A stretch of DNA of 63,035 nt, counting the filler, from Reticulomyxa filosa (taxonomy: Eukaryota > Protista > Foraminifera): assembly GCA_000512085.1 (NCBI GenBank). It is 15 parts of 15 records of this genome, joined end to end, with 100 filler letters (N's around TTAATTAATTAA, not from the genome) between each part and the next. Parts side by side here need not be neighbours in the genome. Positions count along the whole stretch, not along the records: positions 9,671 to 14,589 come from ASPP01023281.1; positions 14,690 to 21,147 come from ASPP01007243.1; positions 21,248 to 22,883 come from ASPP01002702.1; positions 22,984 to 27,300 come from ASPP01002374.1; 11 more parts are not named here. One strand, written 5' to 3'. Each line of letters begins with the position of its first letter. The first letter of the stretch is position 1. This document shows positions 12,601 to 24,031 of the stretch, piece by piece. A model generated the notes under the pieces. The model ran no database searches and had not been told where the DNA came from. It saw only the letters and a program-made list of their open reading frames with translations. The position numbers were made by a program, and so were the translations under genes.

Positions 12601-14200
12601 TGTAGTAATGTCCAAAAAACTAATAATTGGGATCGACTTCACAAATCCATCATCTGGAAACAATCCACAATTACACTACCAATCTTAAAATTAACCTTAT
12701 CATGAGCCACCATCAATGATAGCAGACAATGTGAACATAATCTATTAACAATTGTGACTCGACCTTCTGTTGGTATGTTGCAATCATAATTCAAAAGTGG
12801 ATCGCTGTTGTACATTCATAAGTCTATACACACGATAGATACAATCAATGAAGAACAGCTTTAACAGAGCTGTGGTAAATGCAAATGGCAAGTGGTGCTG
12901 ACTAGTGGAATATTCGAGTAAACAGGATCGATCATAGAAGGTCTACATTACTTTTTATATTTTCAGTTGTTGTGATATGTATTAGTCAAAACAATATGAA
13001 CAGACCTTTTGATTTCGAGTGAAAGAAAAATAAAGAGAAAAGTAGAAGAAGAAGAAGAAGAAAAAATGTCGATCAAGTATATGAATTATGTCAAGAATAT
13101 AACAAGTGTTCATGAATCGCGCAAGGTGAACTTATCGATAGAGGCAAATGGATAGTGCAAACAAATGGATGTTAATTGAAACGAAGCGCAGTGGAAATGA
13201 ACATCATGTGCTTATGATCTCACCAACAACATCCAACTTAATATACACTATTATCACTCAAGTCGTCATATGCATAATTAATCAAATACACGTTGTTGTC
13301 ATTCATATGTATTTGCGATTATGTATGTGTGGCTCCACCAAAGATGCATGAAGACATTTCCGATATAGAATTGGATGATCTTTGTGTTAATTTGGTGGAA
13401 GATATCAAGGTTTTGGCATATTGCAATTATATTGCAAAGTTATCTTGGATATTGTCGTCAATGGAGATTGGCAGTAATTGAATAATTTCATTCGATTATC
13501 ATAATACCTTTGAAAGAAGATTGAAGTTAAAACAACATAATTTCTTTTGTCTTTCTTTTAAATTAGTTTGAATTAAGTTGTGGTTTGTTGTTTTTGTGTT
13601 TATGATAACTAGGATATGCTAAGTCAACTGGTGGTGTAGGTAATGGAACTGCAAATGGAGAAGAAGAAGATTCTGCATTGAAATAATGACGATTACCTGA
13701 ACAAGACAAAGCGACGATTCAACACATTGAACAATGACCAAGTCATTGTATTTAATTTGAACAAAAGTAAGCTACAAATACTGCCTTCCAATCGATTGTC
13801 ACTTCCGTTGGCTCTGTTTCGTCGCTATTGTTGTGATTGGGTACTTGAGATGATGTCGATACTATGGTGTAATGTTGGGATCACAGTTGTATCAACTATC
13901 TTCTCTATCTTCTTCTTCGCTAATTGTATTGGCTGCTGTCAAACGCACATTCGATTGCATTACCGTCGTTATCATTGAGACCAATCTTTATCGCAAAGCA
14001 TGTTATGGCTGCGCCAGTGGAAGCAAAGGAATGCTATCATAATCTTGGAGTGCACAAGACAAAAATGAAATCGATATTGCCACAATATACATATTTGGCA
14101 ATATTGTCTGCCTGGTTTCTTCAATGTATAACAAATCAACACATTGATTTGTTTTTTGTTTTCTTTTAATGCAATTCATTTCATTGTGCTTGTTATTTTC
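9671..14200. pseudogene. mosaic of decayed coding-like fragments, not identified
   Basis: Patches of higher-GC, codon-like sequence broken by many stops and frameshifts, plus an A-rich low-complexity tract at about 11170-11470; no family motif recognised. Confidence 0.3.
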
Positions 14201-14589
14201 ATTGAAATACAAGTGTGTTGTGCTCTAATGATTGTCGTCGTTTTCCATTGCATTTATATTTTGATTTCTGAAAAAGCAATCTAAATAAGGGCTGCTCTGT
14301 TGGTGCTATTGAGAATATCTTTAATCTCCAAGTGTTTCCTCCTTGAAGATTTCGTTTGTGTATTCATTTTTCTATTTCCCCAAACTTTTGCGACGAATAA
14401 TGTTATTTGGAAAAAAAAAGACAGCATCATTTTCTTTTTTAAAAATAAAAAGATATTTCTTCTTTTTTTCTCAATGTTTTTAAATTAATTTGATCATACA
14501 AAAGAATATCAATCAGCGCTTATAAAATGTGCAAAGTACACTACAAAAAAAAAATCACCTAGAACATATATACGTACAAAATCATAACT

Positions 14590-14689
14590 NNNNNNNNNNN
14601 NNNNNNNNNNNNNNNNNNNNNNNNNNNNNNNNNTTAATTAATTAANNNNNNNNNNNNNNNNNNNNNNNNNNNNNNNNNNNNNNNNNNNN
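14590..14689. other. artificial contig-joining spacer
   Basis: N44-TTAATTAATTAA-N44. Confidence 0.98.
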
Positions 14690-14964
14690 TTTCCACGTTG
14701 TTATAATGAAAATTTACGAATTTTTTTTAAAATCTGAAAATGGAGTTAGTAATTGTTTTTTTTTTTTTTTTGAGTTTTGTTTGCTTTGTATGTGCAACTG
14801 CAGTGTTGGCAATATTGAGATTTTACCTACCCTCTTATATCAGCATTATTACATTTTCCAAACAAGAATTAGTTTTTTTATATTGCCACTATGAAACAAG
14901 TTTAAAAAATATAGCAATTGGCACCCAAGTCAAGAAACACAAAGTTTTGTAGTTAAGAAGCATG

Positions 14965-15699
14965 TCAAAGACTTGGAGTGGGTGGACACTGTAAGTCCGG
15001 GTTAATTCCTCCAATTTGAACAACACTGATAATCCCTTGAGGAGTATAGGGATAGTTTCTGCCAGTGTTTGGATTCGGGTTAACTTTTACCCCTAAGTAC
15101 TGAGTGACCATCTGATTCACCATATCCAAATCATCTGGATGAGTATGCATGCACCCGGCAGAATTGGGCATTTGCTGTTAGCAGCCACATCAACACATTT
15201 GCAAGATTTGTCCCTCTCTCCCCCTCCCCCTCCCCCCCCCCCCTCCACAGACATATACATACATATATGTATATACATATATGTATATATGTGTCCCTGA
15301 ACACTTTTATTGAAACAATTTTTTTTTTTAAAAAAAAAAAAGTAAATAACCATATCATCGTCCCAATTTGGCCATTCACCAGTATGCATCAAAATGCCAT
15401 CGCGAATATTAGGCAACAGCAACGCGGAATTTCCGACAATGCCTTTGACAACGCGGTGAATAGGGAATGGTCCGTACAAGGTGGCGTTTTGTTCCGGCGA
15501 GTTCAAGTCCAAGTAGGACAAGCCTGTCGGGGTGTTCCCGTCGGAGGTGAATTGATTGTAACCAGGGATGTTGCTGTAATCAGGCCATGCTTGCGAAGGG
15601 TTTGAGTTGCCATGAGCACGTACACGCCATTCGAGCAATAAGATATTATTTGGGTCCAATAGCTTTGCAGTGGTCTCAAAGCATCTTTTATTATTATTA

Positions 15700-15746
<47 letters not shown>

Positions 15747-16219
15747 GTTTTATTTTGTTTTGCATCTTGGAGACAATACAAGGGACAATCTAGATTCAAC
15801 AAAAATAAACACCTGAATTGATCGTTGTACACTGGCAAATATATCTTGTAAGACATGTTATAATCTTTGGCTTTGATTTCTAACCCGTCGTTGTCTGTGA
15901 ATCCATCATACGAATCATAGTACAACGTCGCATTTGCCGTCGGACTGTCAAACAGACCGGTCGTCGGCAAATGGTAATTTGCTTGATACTTTAACACCGC
16001 GTTACTGGTTGTGTTCGTGTACACTGAAGATGGACTCACTGAACTAGGCCAACATAAACAACGTGACATCAACGTAGTCGCTATTAGTACATCATTGCCA
16101 GACATTCCTGGAGACAACACTCTCGTGAAAGGTAGAGGCATTGTCTCACTCTCTCCTAATGATGTCCGAGGCAGTATCTGCCATAGTAATGCAATGTACA
16201 GTATATGATTAAACATCAT
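14965..16219 (-). CDS. secreted peptidoglycan-binding (PG_binding_1-like) plus YkuD/L,D-transpeptidase-fold protein; 3 exons, 316 aa
   Basis: Exons 16219-15813, 15684-15351 and 15174-14965 splice in frame with GT-AG introns. Signal-peptide-like N-terminus; LSPGMSGNDV...AVLKYQANYHLPTTGLFDSPT; GNTPTG; GILMH-x15-SAGCMH. Confidence 0.85.
15688..15746. repeat. (TAT)n microsatellite in intron 1 of the YkuD-like gene
   Basis: Directly visible; explains the poly-Ile and poly-Tyr in the ORF track. Confidence 0.9.
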
Positions 16220-16443
16220 CGACCCTAGAGGATTATCTTTTCGCCTTTTTTTTTATTTGTCTGCTTAGACGAAAAAAGAGGATTGTGAGAGGAAAAAAGT
16301 GCTGTAATAACAAAATATTGAAGGACATATAACTATTCTAAGAAGTCTACATGAAAGCTGTGTCAAGTTTTTTGTCAACGGATATTTTGATAAATAATAT
16401 TATTTGGCTACAAGTTATTAAATGCGTCAATATTTTTTACAAC

Positions 16444-17800
16444 TCATATTTGGTTTGGCTCAACAGAAACAAATCGAAATATTTCTAAAAATGCACCATT
16501 ACATCTTTCCAAAAATTCTGCTGTACTCAAAGAAAATTCTTGTTCTGATTGAAAAATTATACATTTGGTTTTTTGCCGAACAACAGAATACCAAAGAAGG
16601 TTATTTTTCGTTTTATTTGCCTCAAGAGATAATATCATGCCTCTCAGCATTGCAGGATTAGTTTGATTATTTACTGGATTTCTCAACAAATACATATTTT
16701 TCGCACTGTAGAAACAATTCCAAAATGTTATCCATGTTTCATCTGACACAAAAAAATATTCATAACACAACAATTCATCTTTTATCCATCACGATTAAGG
16801 TTTTACTCCTAGTTGTTGAAATAATTAATCATTCAAGCATTTTAAGTGACAAATTAAAAAAAAATAACTGTGTGGGATCTGAGTGCCAAATTGTTGTTTG
16901 TGCCTTGATATATTTTTTAATATTTCGCTGTTGTTTGTATTGGTTTTTCGAAAAATAACACCAATTGTTGTTTTCAACAATATGAGCACTATCTTTATTA
17001 TTTCCTTTACAATGTAACCTTGGCGTAATTGACGCTATTGCAATGTCATCAACACTTATTAATTCATTTCGCTCATTTTTCATGAGGCAATTTTTGAGTG
17101 GTTCTTCCTGTTTTGCGTAGTGCCAATATCTCTTTCCATAACTTCGTTTCTTTAAGTAGTACGAGTGAACTCGAAAAAGGAGAAAAGGTAGCAGAAAATG
17201 CTTTTAGAACTGCCGCTGTTGGTGTGCTATCAAGCTGTCCAAAAAATTTTCTGTTTTCGATAATGACAACATGCATTTTTTTTCGGATGTTTGGTGCCAG
17301 TAGTTTGCACAATGCGTTAATTTGCACTTTGATATGGTCGTTCACACACTGCCGAACAGTTGACGTAATTCTATGCCACAAAGACAAATGAATAAATTAA
17401 ATCTAAAAATATAAAATGAAAATGAAGTAGACTTGGTTGATTTTTCTTGTAATGTAAAAAAGGAGGGCTGAATATGACGAGCAATTTGATTGCACAAATT
17501 GATTCCATGGCCGAATTCAACCGCCGATGCGAGTATGCAAACCAAGCCGTATGTTTCATTAAAAGTGCAGTGATCAATGGTTTTGAACACTATTTTGTTT
17601 TCCTCAAACTCGAGTGTTATGTCGTTTTTTGTCTCTCGGTCGTTATGTTCCATAACAGACTGTGCATTGAGATAAAGAGCATAAAGCGCACTTCCCAAGT
17701 AAAGGGCGTCCCTACTCTCTGTTATGTATTTGTTGGAACAAAATATTTTCTTTGCCAACAAACGACCACTGTTACTTTCAAAAACGATGTATCCATTCAT
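16444..17800 (-). CDS. uncharacterised multi-exon protein with longin-like N-terminus
   Basis: MNGYIVFESNSGRLLAKKIF followed by a helix and beta-hairpin-like KIVFKTID...YGLVCILAS resembles a longin/sigma-adaptin fold; downstream exons in ORFs 17073..17387 and 16444..16773; exon junctions not resolved. Confidence 0.45.
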
Positions 17801-18554
17801 TACAATGAGCCTCCCTTATAAAAAAATTTTCAAAAAAAAAGGGGGCTTATACACGTAAACTATGAGCGAAAGGTGTCAATTGCTAGAACGAATGAACCCT
17901 TTTTTTTCTCCTTCCCCCTCCTCATTCACATTTTACTAGAACTTTTATTTCATTCAATTCTACAATGAAAATATTCAAGGCTTCGAAACAAAAACTAAGA
18001 AAAAAAGAATATTGGTGCCATCCGTCTTCCCCCCACAATTAACAAAATAACAAGAAAGCAAAAACAGAAGTAAAAATGTTCTGATTGAAAAACATTTTTA
18101 AAATTGAAACGATAACCATTGAAAAAATAAAAAACGAACAAAACAAAAAAACAGAACAAACAAAAAAGCTTTTTTGCAAACTATCGAACGACAATTTGCT
18201 GCAGTAAAGACCACACTTTGCCTTCCCCTCCCTCGGCAGAAACGCCTTCACCAACCCTGTTTAATATTTGGTGTAAGCACGCTCAAGAAATACATCTAAC
18301 TTTACAACTGCTCATTATTTGCTTCCCAAAAAAAAAAAAAACAAAACAAACAAAAATCTAACGGTCAGCACTTAAGAAAACTACAACAACCATCACATTT
18401 TAAAAAAATTATACACACACGCTATTTTTTTTAAATGTTCTCCGAATTTGGAAAATTGGGAAATCAAAAAAAAAAAAAAAGAAAAAAAAAATGGAGAAAA
18501 ATAAAACACTCATTTTACCTCTAATTATTTTTCATATACTGTATTACTAATGTA

Positions 18555-21147
18555 CTACAAAATATACTCCCCGTACATTTTGCCGAGTATTTGCTTCCCC
18601 CATGAATGCTTGAGAATATCTTTTCTTGAGATACTTCTTTCAATCTGGTTAACCAAATCTCGGCAGTAATCTACGCTTCCAACATCGAGGAGGGTTTGTA
18701 TAACATAATTGCCGTACTCATGACGAACCATTCGAGTCGTCAAATAGCAATCTTTTTTCTCGCAAAAGTCAACTGAGTCAACTTTTTCTGTGCGTCCTAA
18801 GCGTTGAATTGAATATAAGATTCGACAAAAAATTTTCTTATGCAGTTCGGGTTCATCCTTCAGTTCACGAAGACAATGCTCAATAACGTTGGATGAAAAC
18901 TTGTTGAATACCAACGTTTCCACATCATCGCACATTTTTTCTACCAGGCGCGTCAACAATTGTCCATTCGTTTCCAGACTTAATATTTTCTGAATGACGT
19001 AATTGCCATATTTGTCCATACACAGGCAGTCACGTTATTCATCAATTCGTTGATCACAATGGCCCGTTGCGCATCGGTGCAATGTGCCAGCAAACGTTGC
19101 ACAACCCGGCAACCATAAACATGGACCGAAAATTGAAATATTTTACCTGTGTTTTTTTTTTTTTAAATATAGTTTTTTTTTTTGTTTTTTTTTGGGGGGG
19201 GATAGGAATGTTTCTGGATATAAAAAAAAAAAAAAAAGGAGTACGTACGTAGGAAAAAAAAAAAAAAATTACCTTTAATTAAGCGCAATATCCAATCCAG
19301 ATACTCAGCTGGCACTTTCTCAATAATCTTTTGAAGGACGTGGTTGCCAAATTGATTCTCAAAAAAGATGGACAGCTTGCTTTGATCGAAGGAGCAAATT
19401 TCTTGCAAGACGAGAACCTTGAGACACAAGGGATAATGCTGATCCATGACAATCCTTTGAATTACCCGACAGCTGTACTGGTTAATACTGAGCTCTCGAA
19501 TGTGTCCTAAAAACACTTGGTTGATGATTCGGGTTCCCAAGCGAGCCATTTCGTCCTTGCTCGTGACTTGTACCTCTTCGCAAGCGCGGGTAATGTCATT
19601 AAGCACGCCAGTAATTTGAAGTCTGCCTCTTTCCATGGCAATGGAAACATTATTCCACACTTTGCTTGCGACGCTCGTTGCCAATGCTTCTCCCCTTTCG
19701 CAAGTCATCTCCAATAACTTTTGGATAACATAATTGCCAAAGATGTGCGTGCACAAATACAAGCCGTGGCTCACGATCAATGTATCAATCAATTCGCTTA
19801 AATCACGTATACTAGTCAATTTATCATCACATAACTTTTGCACGTGTCGACTTCCAAATTTGTCCTCGCAAAGACATAGCAACAATCTCGGGTATGGCAA
19901 CAAGTCACGTACGGAGCAATTGAACTCTTGCAACTTCCTTGTCTCGACACCGCGACTTTTGCATAATTCGTCCATTTTGTCCAGCTCTGATGCTTTCAAC
20001 ATGTCCGCGCGCGACTGAAAGTGGTTGTCACATATCTTTTCAGATTTTATCACGATGGGCCCTTTTCTTACTTTTGCCCTTGCCTTTGCCCTTGGCTTTT
20101 ACGTTGATGCTTTTTTCATTGGCTTCCAACATATCGTCATTGCTATTGCTATTGCTATTGCTGTCATTGCAAAAATCATCTACTCGTAATACTCGAGCGT
20201 TGGCACTGCCATTGACATCACGTCGATCACCACAGACACCATTGTAACCAATGTAACCATTGTTGACACCGTTTTCACCATTGTTACCGTTACCACTACC
20301 ATCACCATTGCTACGTATACGTACCAAAACATTTGCTGGACTTTTCTGTGAAGGCGACCACGAATGCGTTATGTAAAGTTGATCTACACAGCCTTGTTGT
20401 CTCTGCTGTTGCTGTTGCTGTTGCTGTTGTGGTTGCACTTCGTTACCCATTTTTCGTTTAAGCTCATGAATTTGTGGGCAGGTATACGTATCTTTAGAAT
20501 TTCTTGGACTGTCATATCTTTTGGATGGCGCCTGCAAACTTGCACTCACTTCATTCACTATTGTGAATACCTGATTTTGGACTGGCATTTGCATTTGCAT
20601 TTGCATTGGCATTGGTACTTGCATTTGCATTGGGACTGGAATTGGCATTGCCAGTTGCATTTCAATGGAATCGCTTGGAACCGATGTCGATGGTGATGGC
20701 AGCCAGCTTTGATTGTAAGGGAGCATCGGTTCACCTCTTGGATCATATACGGCAGCAGGCGTTTGCTTGCAAGGGATACAACAGGTACGACGGGGATAAT
20801 CGCAAACGTGCGCAGGTACAAATTCGTTGATGACATATGCCATACTTGCCTTGCGTCGCACTTCCTCGTTATCATCGACCACACCAAAATAAATATCGGG
20901 AATTGCATCGGTGGATATTTCGTCCTCTTGGGTGTCAATCTGTTTGTTATTGTTATTGTTATTGCCATAATAATTGTCATTGCTGTTAGCATCAACGTCA
21001 ACATTCACGCCCATTTCCATCTCCATTTCCATTTCCATTTCCATGTCAATGTCGCTACTGCTGTTTAGGGACTCATAGCTTCTGCTACTGTTATTCGTGT
21101 TGGCAACATTATAGCTTGGAACATTAATGTACGTATAACAACTGCTA
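18555..21147 (-). CDS. Pumilio/PUF RNA-binding protein, 8 repeats (5'-truncated)
   Basis: Repeat cores GSRHVQ, GNYVIQ, SCRVIQ, GNHVLQ, GCRVVQ, GNYVIQ, SSNVIE, GNYVIQ. Low-complexity Q/N/M-rich N-terminus. One intron and two apparent frameshifts in short homopolymers (near 20065 and 19026). Confidence 0.93.
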
Positions 21148-21247
21148 NNNNNNNNNNNNNNNNNNNNNNNNNNNNNNNNNNNNNNNNNNNNTTAATTAAT
21201 TAANNNNNNNNNNNNNNNNNNNNNNNNNNNNNNNNNNNNNNNNNNNN
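21148..21247. other. artificial contig-joining spacer
   Basis: N44-TTAATTAATTAA-N44. Confidence 0.98.
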
Positions 21248-21269
21248 ATGGCTTCACCAAAGGGATCAC

Positions 21270-22660
21270 TACTTGATAAAGGGAGCTTCTTCGCGTGAAA
21301 TGGACACGACGTACATTGACGTCAAAGATTTCTTTCCTCGAGATGTACCATTGTGTCGGCAAGTGCGTCAGGTATTTAACTCCAAATTGATGATTTCCCT
21401 TTTCGCGAAATCGGTTTCTCCAATGCAGTTCACGCAGTCTCCAATCTTGAATTGGATTTTTGGTAACGGCATTGGCGTTGTCTCGTCTTCTTCAGCGAGA
21501 TCGTTGTTATTGCTGCAGCCAATTTTTTTTCCAACATTAAAACAAAGTTCAACGCACAGTTTCATCGGTGTATCGGGATGCCAGCTATCCAACTCGATTT
21601 CAAAAGTTTTTCATTTGAAAATTGCACATCGCCAAGATAACACACGACGTCTCAAGATTCGAACTCTATCGCTGACAGCCACATTACCAAATTTTCAACC
21701 ATATTTTTTGCAAGTCCATATTCGGTTTTATTGTCTTCGTCCGCATCTTCATTCACTTTTGCTTCTAATCGCTTTCTCGCTATTCAATTTTTTGATATCG
21801 TCGTCCAAAGATATTTATCATCGCTTTCGCTCACTGGCCGATGTCTTCTTCGTATGCCTTTCAAGTCTTGCCGAGTTGGATGAGGGGATGTTTCCAAATG
21901 GTGCAACTCTCTTTGAAGTGGTCTTTCGTCTAATCTTTTCGATTTAATTTTTGCGGATTATTCTTGTTGGCCGAGCGCTTTTTCATACTTTCCAACGTCT
22001 TGTAAATATTTTCGAAGCCTAGATATTCGTTGCTTTCGTCGGCTTGTCTTTTTGCTCACGGGATCCTTCTTTACCTTTCAATATTCTATTATATTGGTCA
22101 TGGAACGTCAACGAGCATAGCATTCACGATTTTTCGCACACTAGTTGAAACATACATCTATGATAACACAAGGTACGTATAATCTTTTTTTTTGTAATGA
22201 ACTTGGAAATTTTTCACACATCTTGGGTTCCATTATGACAGCTTATCACCAATCGTCGAGTTCAATTTCCACCATTACTTCTCCGCAACTAGGGTCGGCC
22301 ACGCTGTTTCATTTCACAACGACCTGGTCCAATCCAACACGATCGCCAACTTGATAATTTTGTTTTTTGGGTCGATCTTATCATCATCATTGTCGGCTAC
22401 TCCAACTCTTTGGATGCGTTTGCACTATGCAATGATGTCGGACATATTTTCCGCTATATTGCGCTTCCTACATAAGTAGCTTCTTGACACTGCGGTCAAG
22501 TACCTCTTCACATCCACGCTGCTGTTGTTCACATCAATGGCCACTCGATGCCAACACTTCTTCACTTTGAAATGTGTTCACCAATTCTGCCACTTGACTT
22601 TGAGTGTGGCTTTCTGCTTTCGTCGACAGGTCTCGACGATGCGCAATAGCGCATTTTCAT
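21270..22660 (-). pseudogene. decayed multi-CAP-Gly-domain protein
   Basis: Two relics, VGDRVGLDQVVVK*...GEVMVEIELDDW and FKIGDCVNCIGETDFAKREIINLELNT*...NGTSRGK, with many stops and frameshifts. Confidence 0.6.
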
Positions 22661-22883
22661 TTTCCATTACCCTCCCCTTTTCCAATTCATTTTCTTTTCC
22701 ATTATATTTTTTTTACCCACTCTCCCTCTCATCTCAAAAAGAAATAAAAAAATAAAAAATAAACAAACTTTCCATCTTTTTTTGAACCTTGAACACTATA
22801 AACACAACCACAAATTGAAATACTTTTTTCATAAAAAAAAAAAACAAAAAAATACTTTTGTAGTGGAGCTAAAAGTTCCAATT

Positions 22884-22983
22884 NNNNNNNNNNNNNNNNN
22901 NNNNNNNNNNNNNNNNNNNNNNNNNNNTTAATTAATTAANNNNNNNNNNNNNNNNNNNNNNNNNNNNNNNNNNNNNNNNNNNN
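22884..22983. other. artificial contig-joining spacer
   Basis: N44-TTAATTAATTAA-N44. Confidence 0.98.
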
Positions 22984-23649
22984 CCCCCTTTTTTTTTTTT
23001 TTTTATTAAAAAAAAAAATTTCTAGTTTTAAACTGTGGAGATTTGGAATGGAAATGTAGTCTTCCCATTGAAATCTTGTAATCTTTGGCGACAATAGGCG
23101 CAACAGATCAATCAGAGTAAGTATACCCTCTGGCGTAAAGTCGGCACGGTCAACGTCGTTCGATTCCGTGCCTTCTGCTTTGCTACACAGTCGTATACAT
23201 ACATTGGGAATCATCACGAGTCCGTTGCCGTCATTGCTTGCTTGCGCTTTGCTTCGGAACGAGTCGTATTTACGCTGAATGTCTGCTTCACTGTGGTAAT
23301 AGATCGTGCAGCTATGCACATCCACCTTTCCCATGTTTTGGCGGTGGCTGCTGCTACGAAATAACATACTTTGGCCACGTCTTATCATTGGAGAGGAGTG
23401 ATAGTATGTTGTCGTGTTCGTCAGACTATCCGTGCTCCCTGTGTCACTTTTGTGCGGAGATAGATGATGCCACCCGCCCAAGTCCCAGGGTCTGTCCCAT
23501 GTATCAATCAATTCCATGCGAGAAGTCTTCATTTCCACTTCATTTTCCACGTCCGGAGATGTAGTATCATCTTGCGATACCTTCGCAGGATTATATATAT
23601 GCATGCTAATATCTACGTTTTTTTTTTTCAGTGGTGCCCCTTTCTGCAC
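22984..23649 (-). CDS. hypothetical protein (partial)
   Basis: Over 200 open codons with coding-like composition; no family recognised. Confidence 0.45.
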
Positions 23650-24031
23650 TTAAACAAACATTGCTAAAATAAACGGTTGTCAATTACAGTCATATAGCTT
23701 CTTTGCTATGCCCTTTTAAAATATTTCTGGCATATGCACAAGGAAACTCTCAAAAATGACAAAACATGGCTAACTGCAATACTACTGTTTCTAAAGTTAT
23801 GTGCAACGATTCTTTAAACAAAGAAAGTTGAGGTCAAATTTTTAACAAGCATCAAGTCACAATAACTCGTGCAAATAAAGCTCACAAATAAAGCTCCGAC
23901 TGAAATTTAAGTTCAACTGACACAAACCGCTTGATGCTAAAAAGGGGACTTCGAAAAAAAGAACAAATCACACAAAATATCGTAATTGACTAAAAAAAAT
24001 AAATTACATTCACTTGCCGGTGATTCTTGGT

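Noticed and set aside
14965-16219. Bacterial contamination as the source of the peptidoglycan enzyme
   Set aside because: It has two spliceosomal introns of the host's style and shares a contig with a Pumilio gene
21273-21947. 224-aa plus-strand ORF as a gene
   Set aside because: Antisense to the CAP-Gly pseudogene, with no motif of its own
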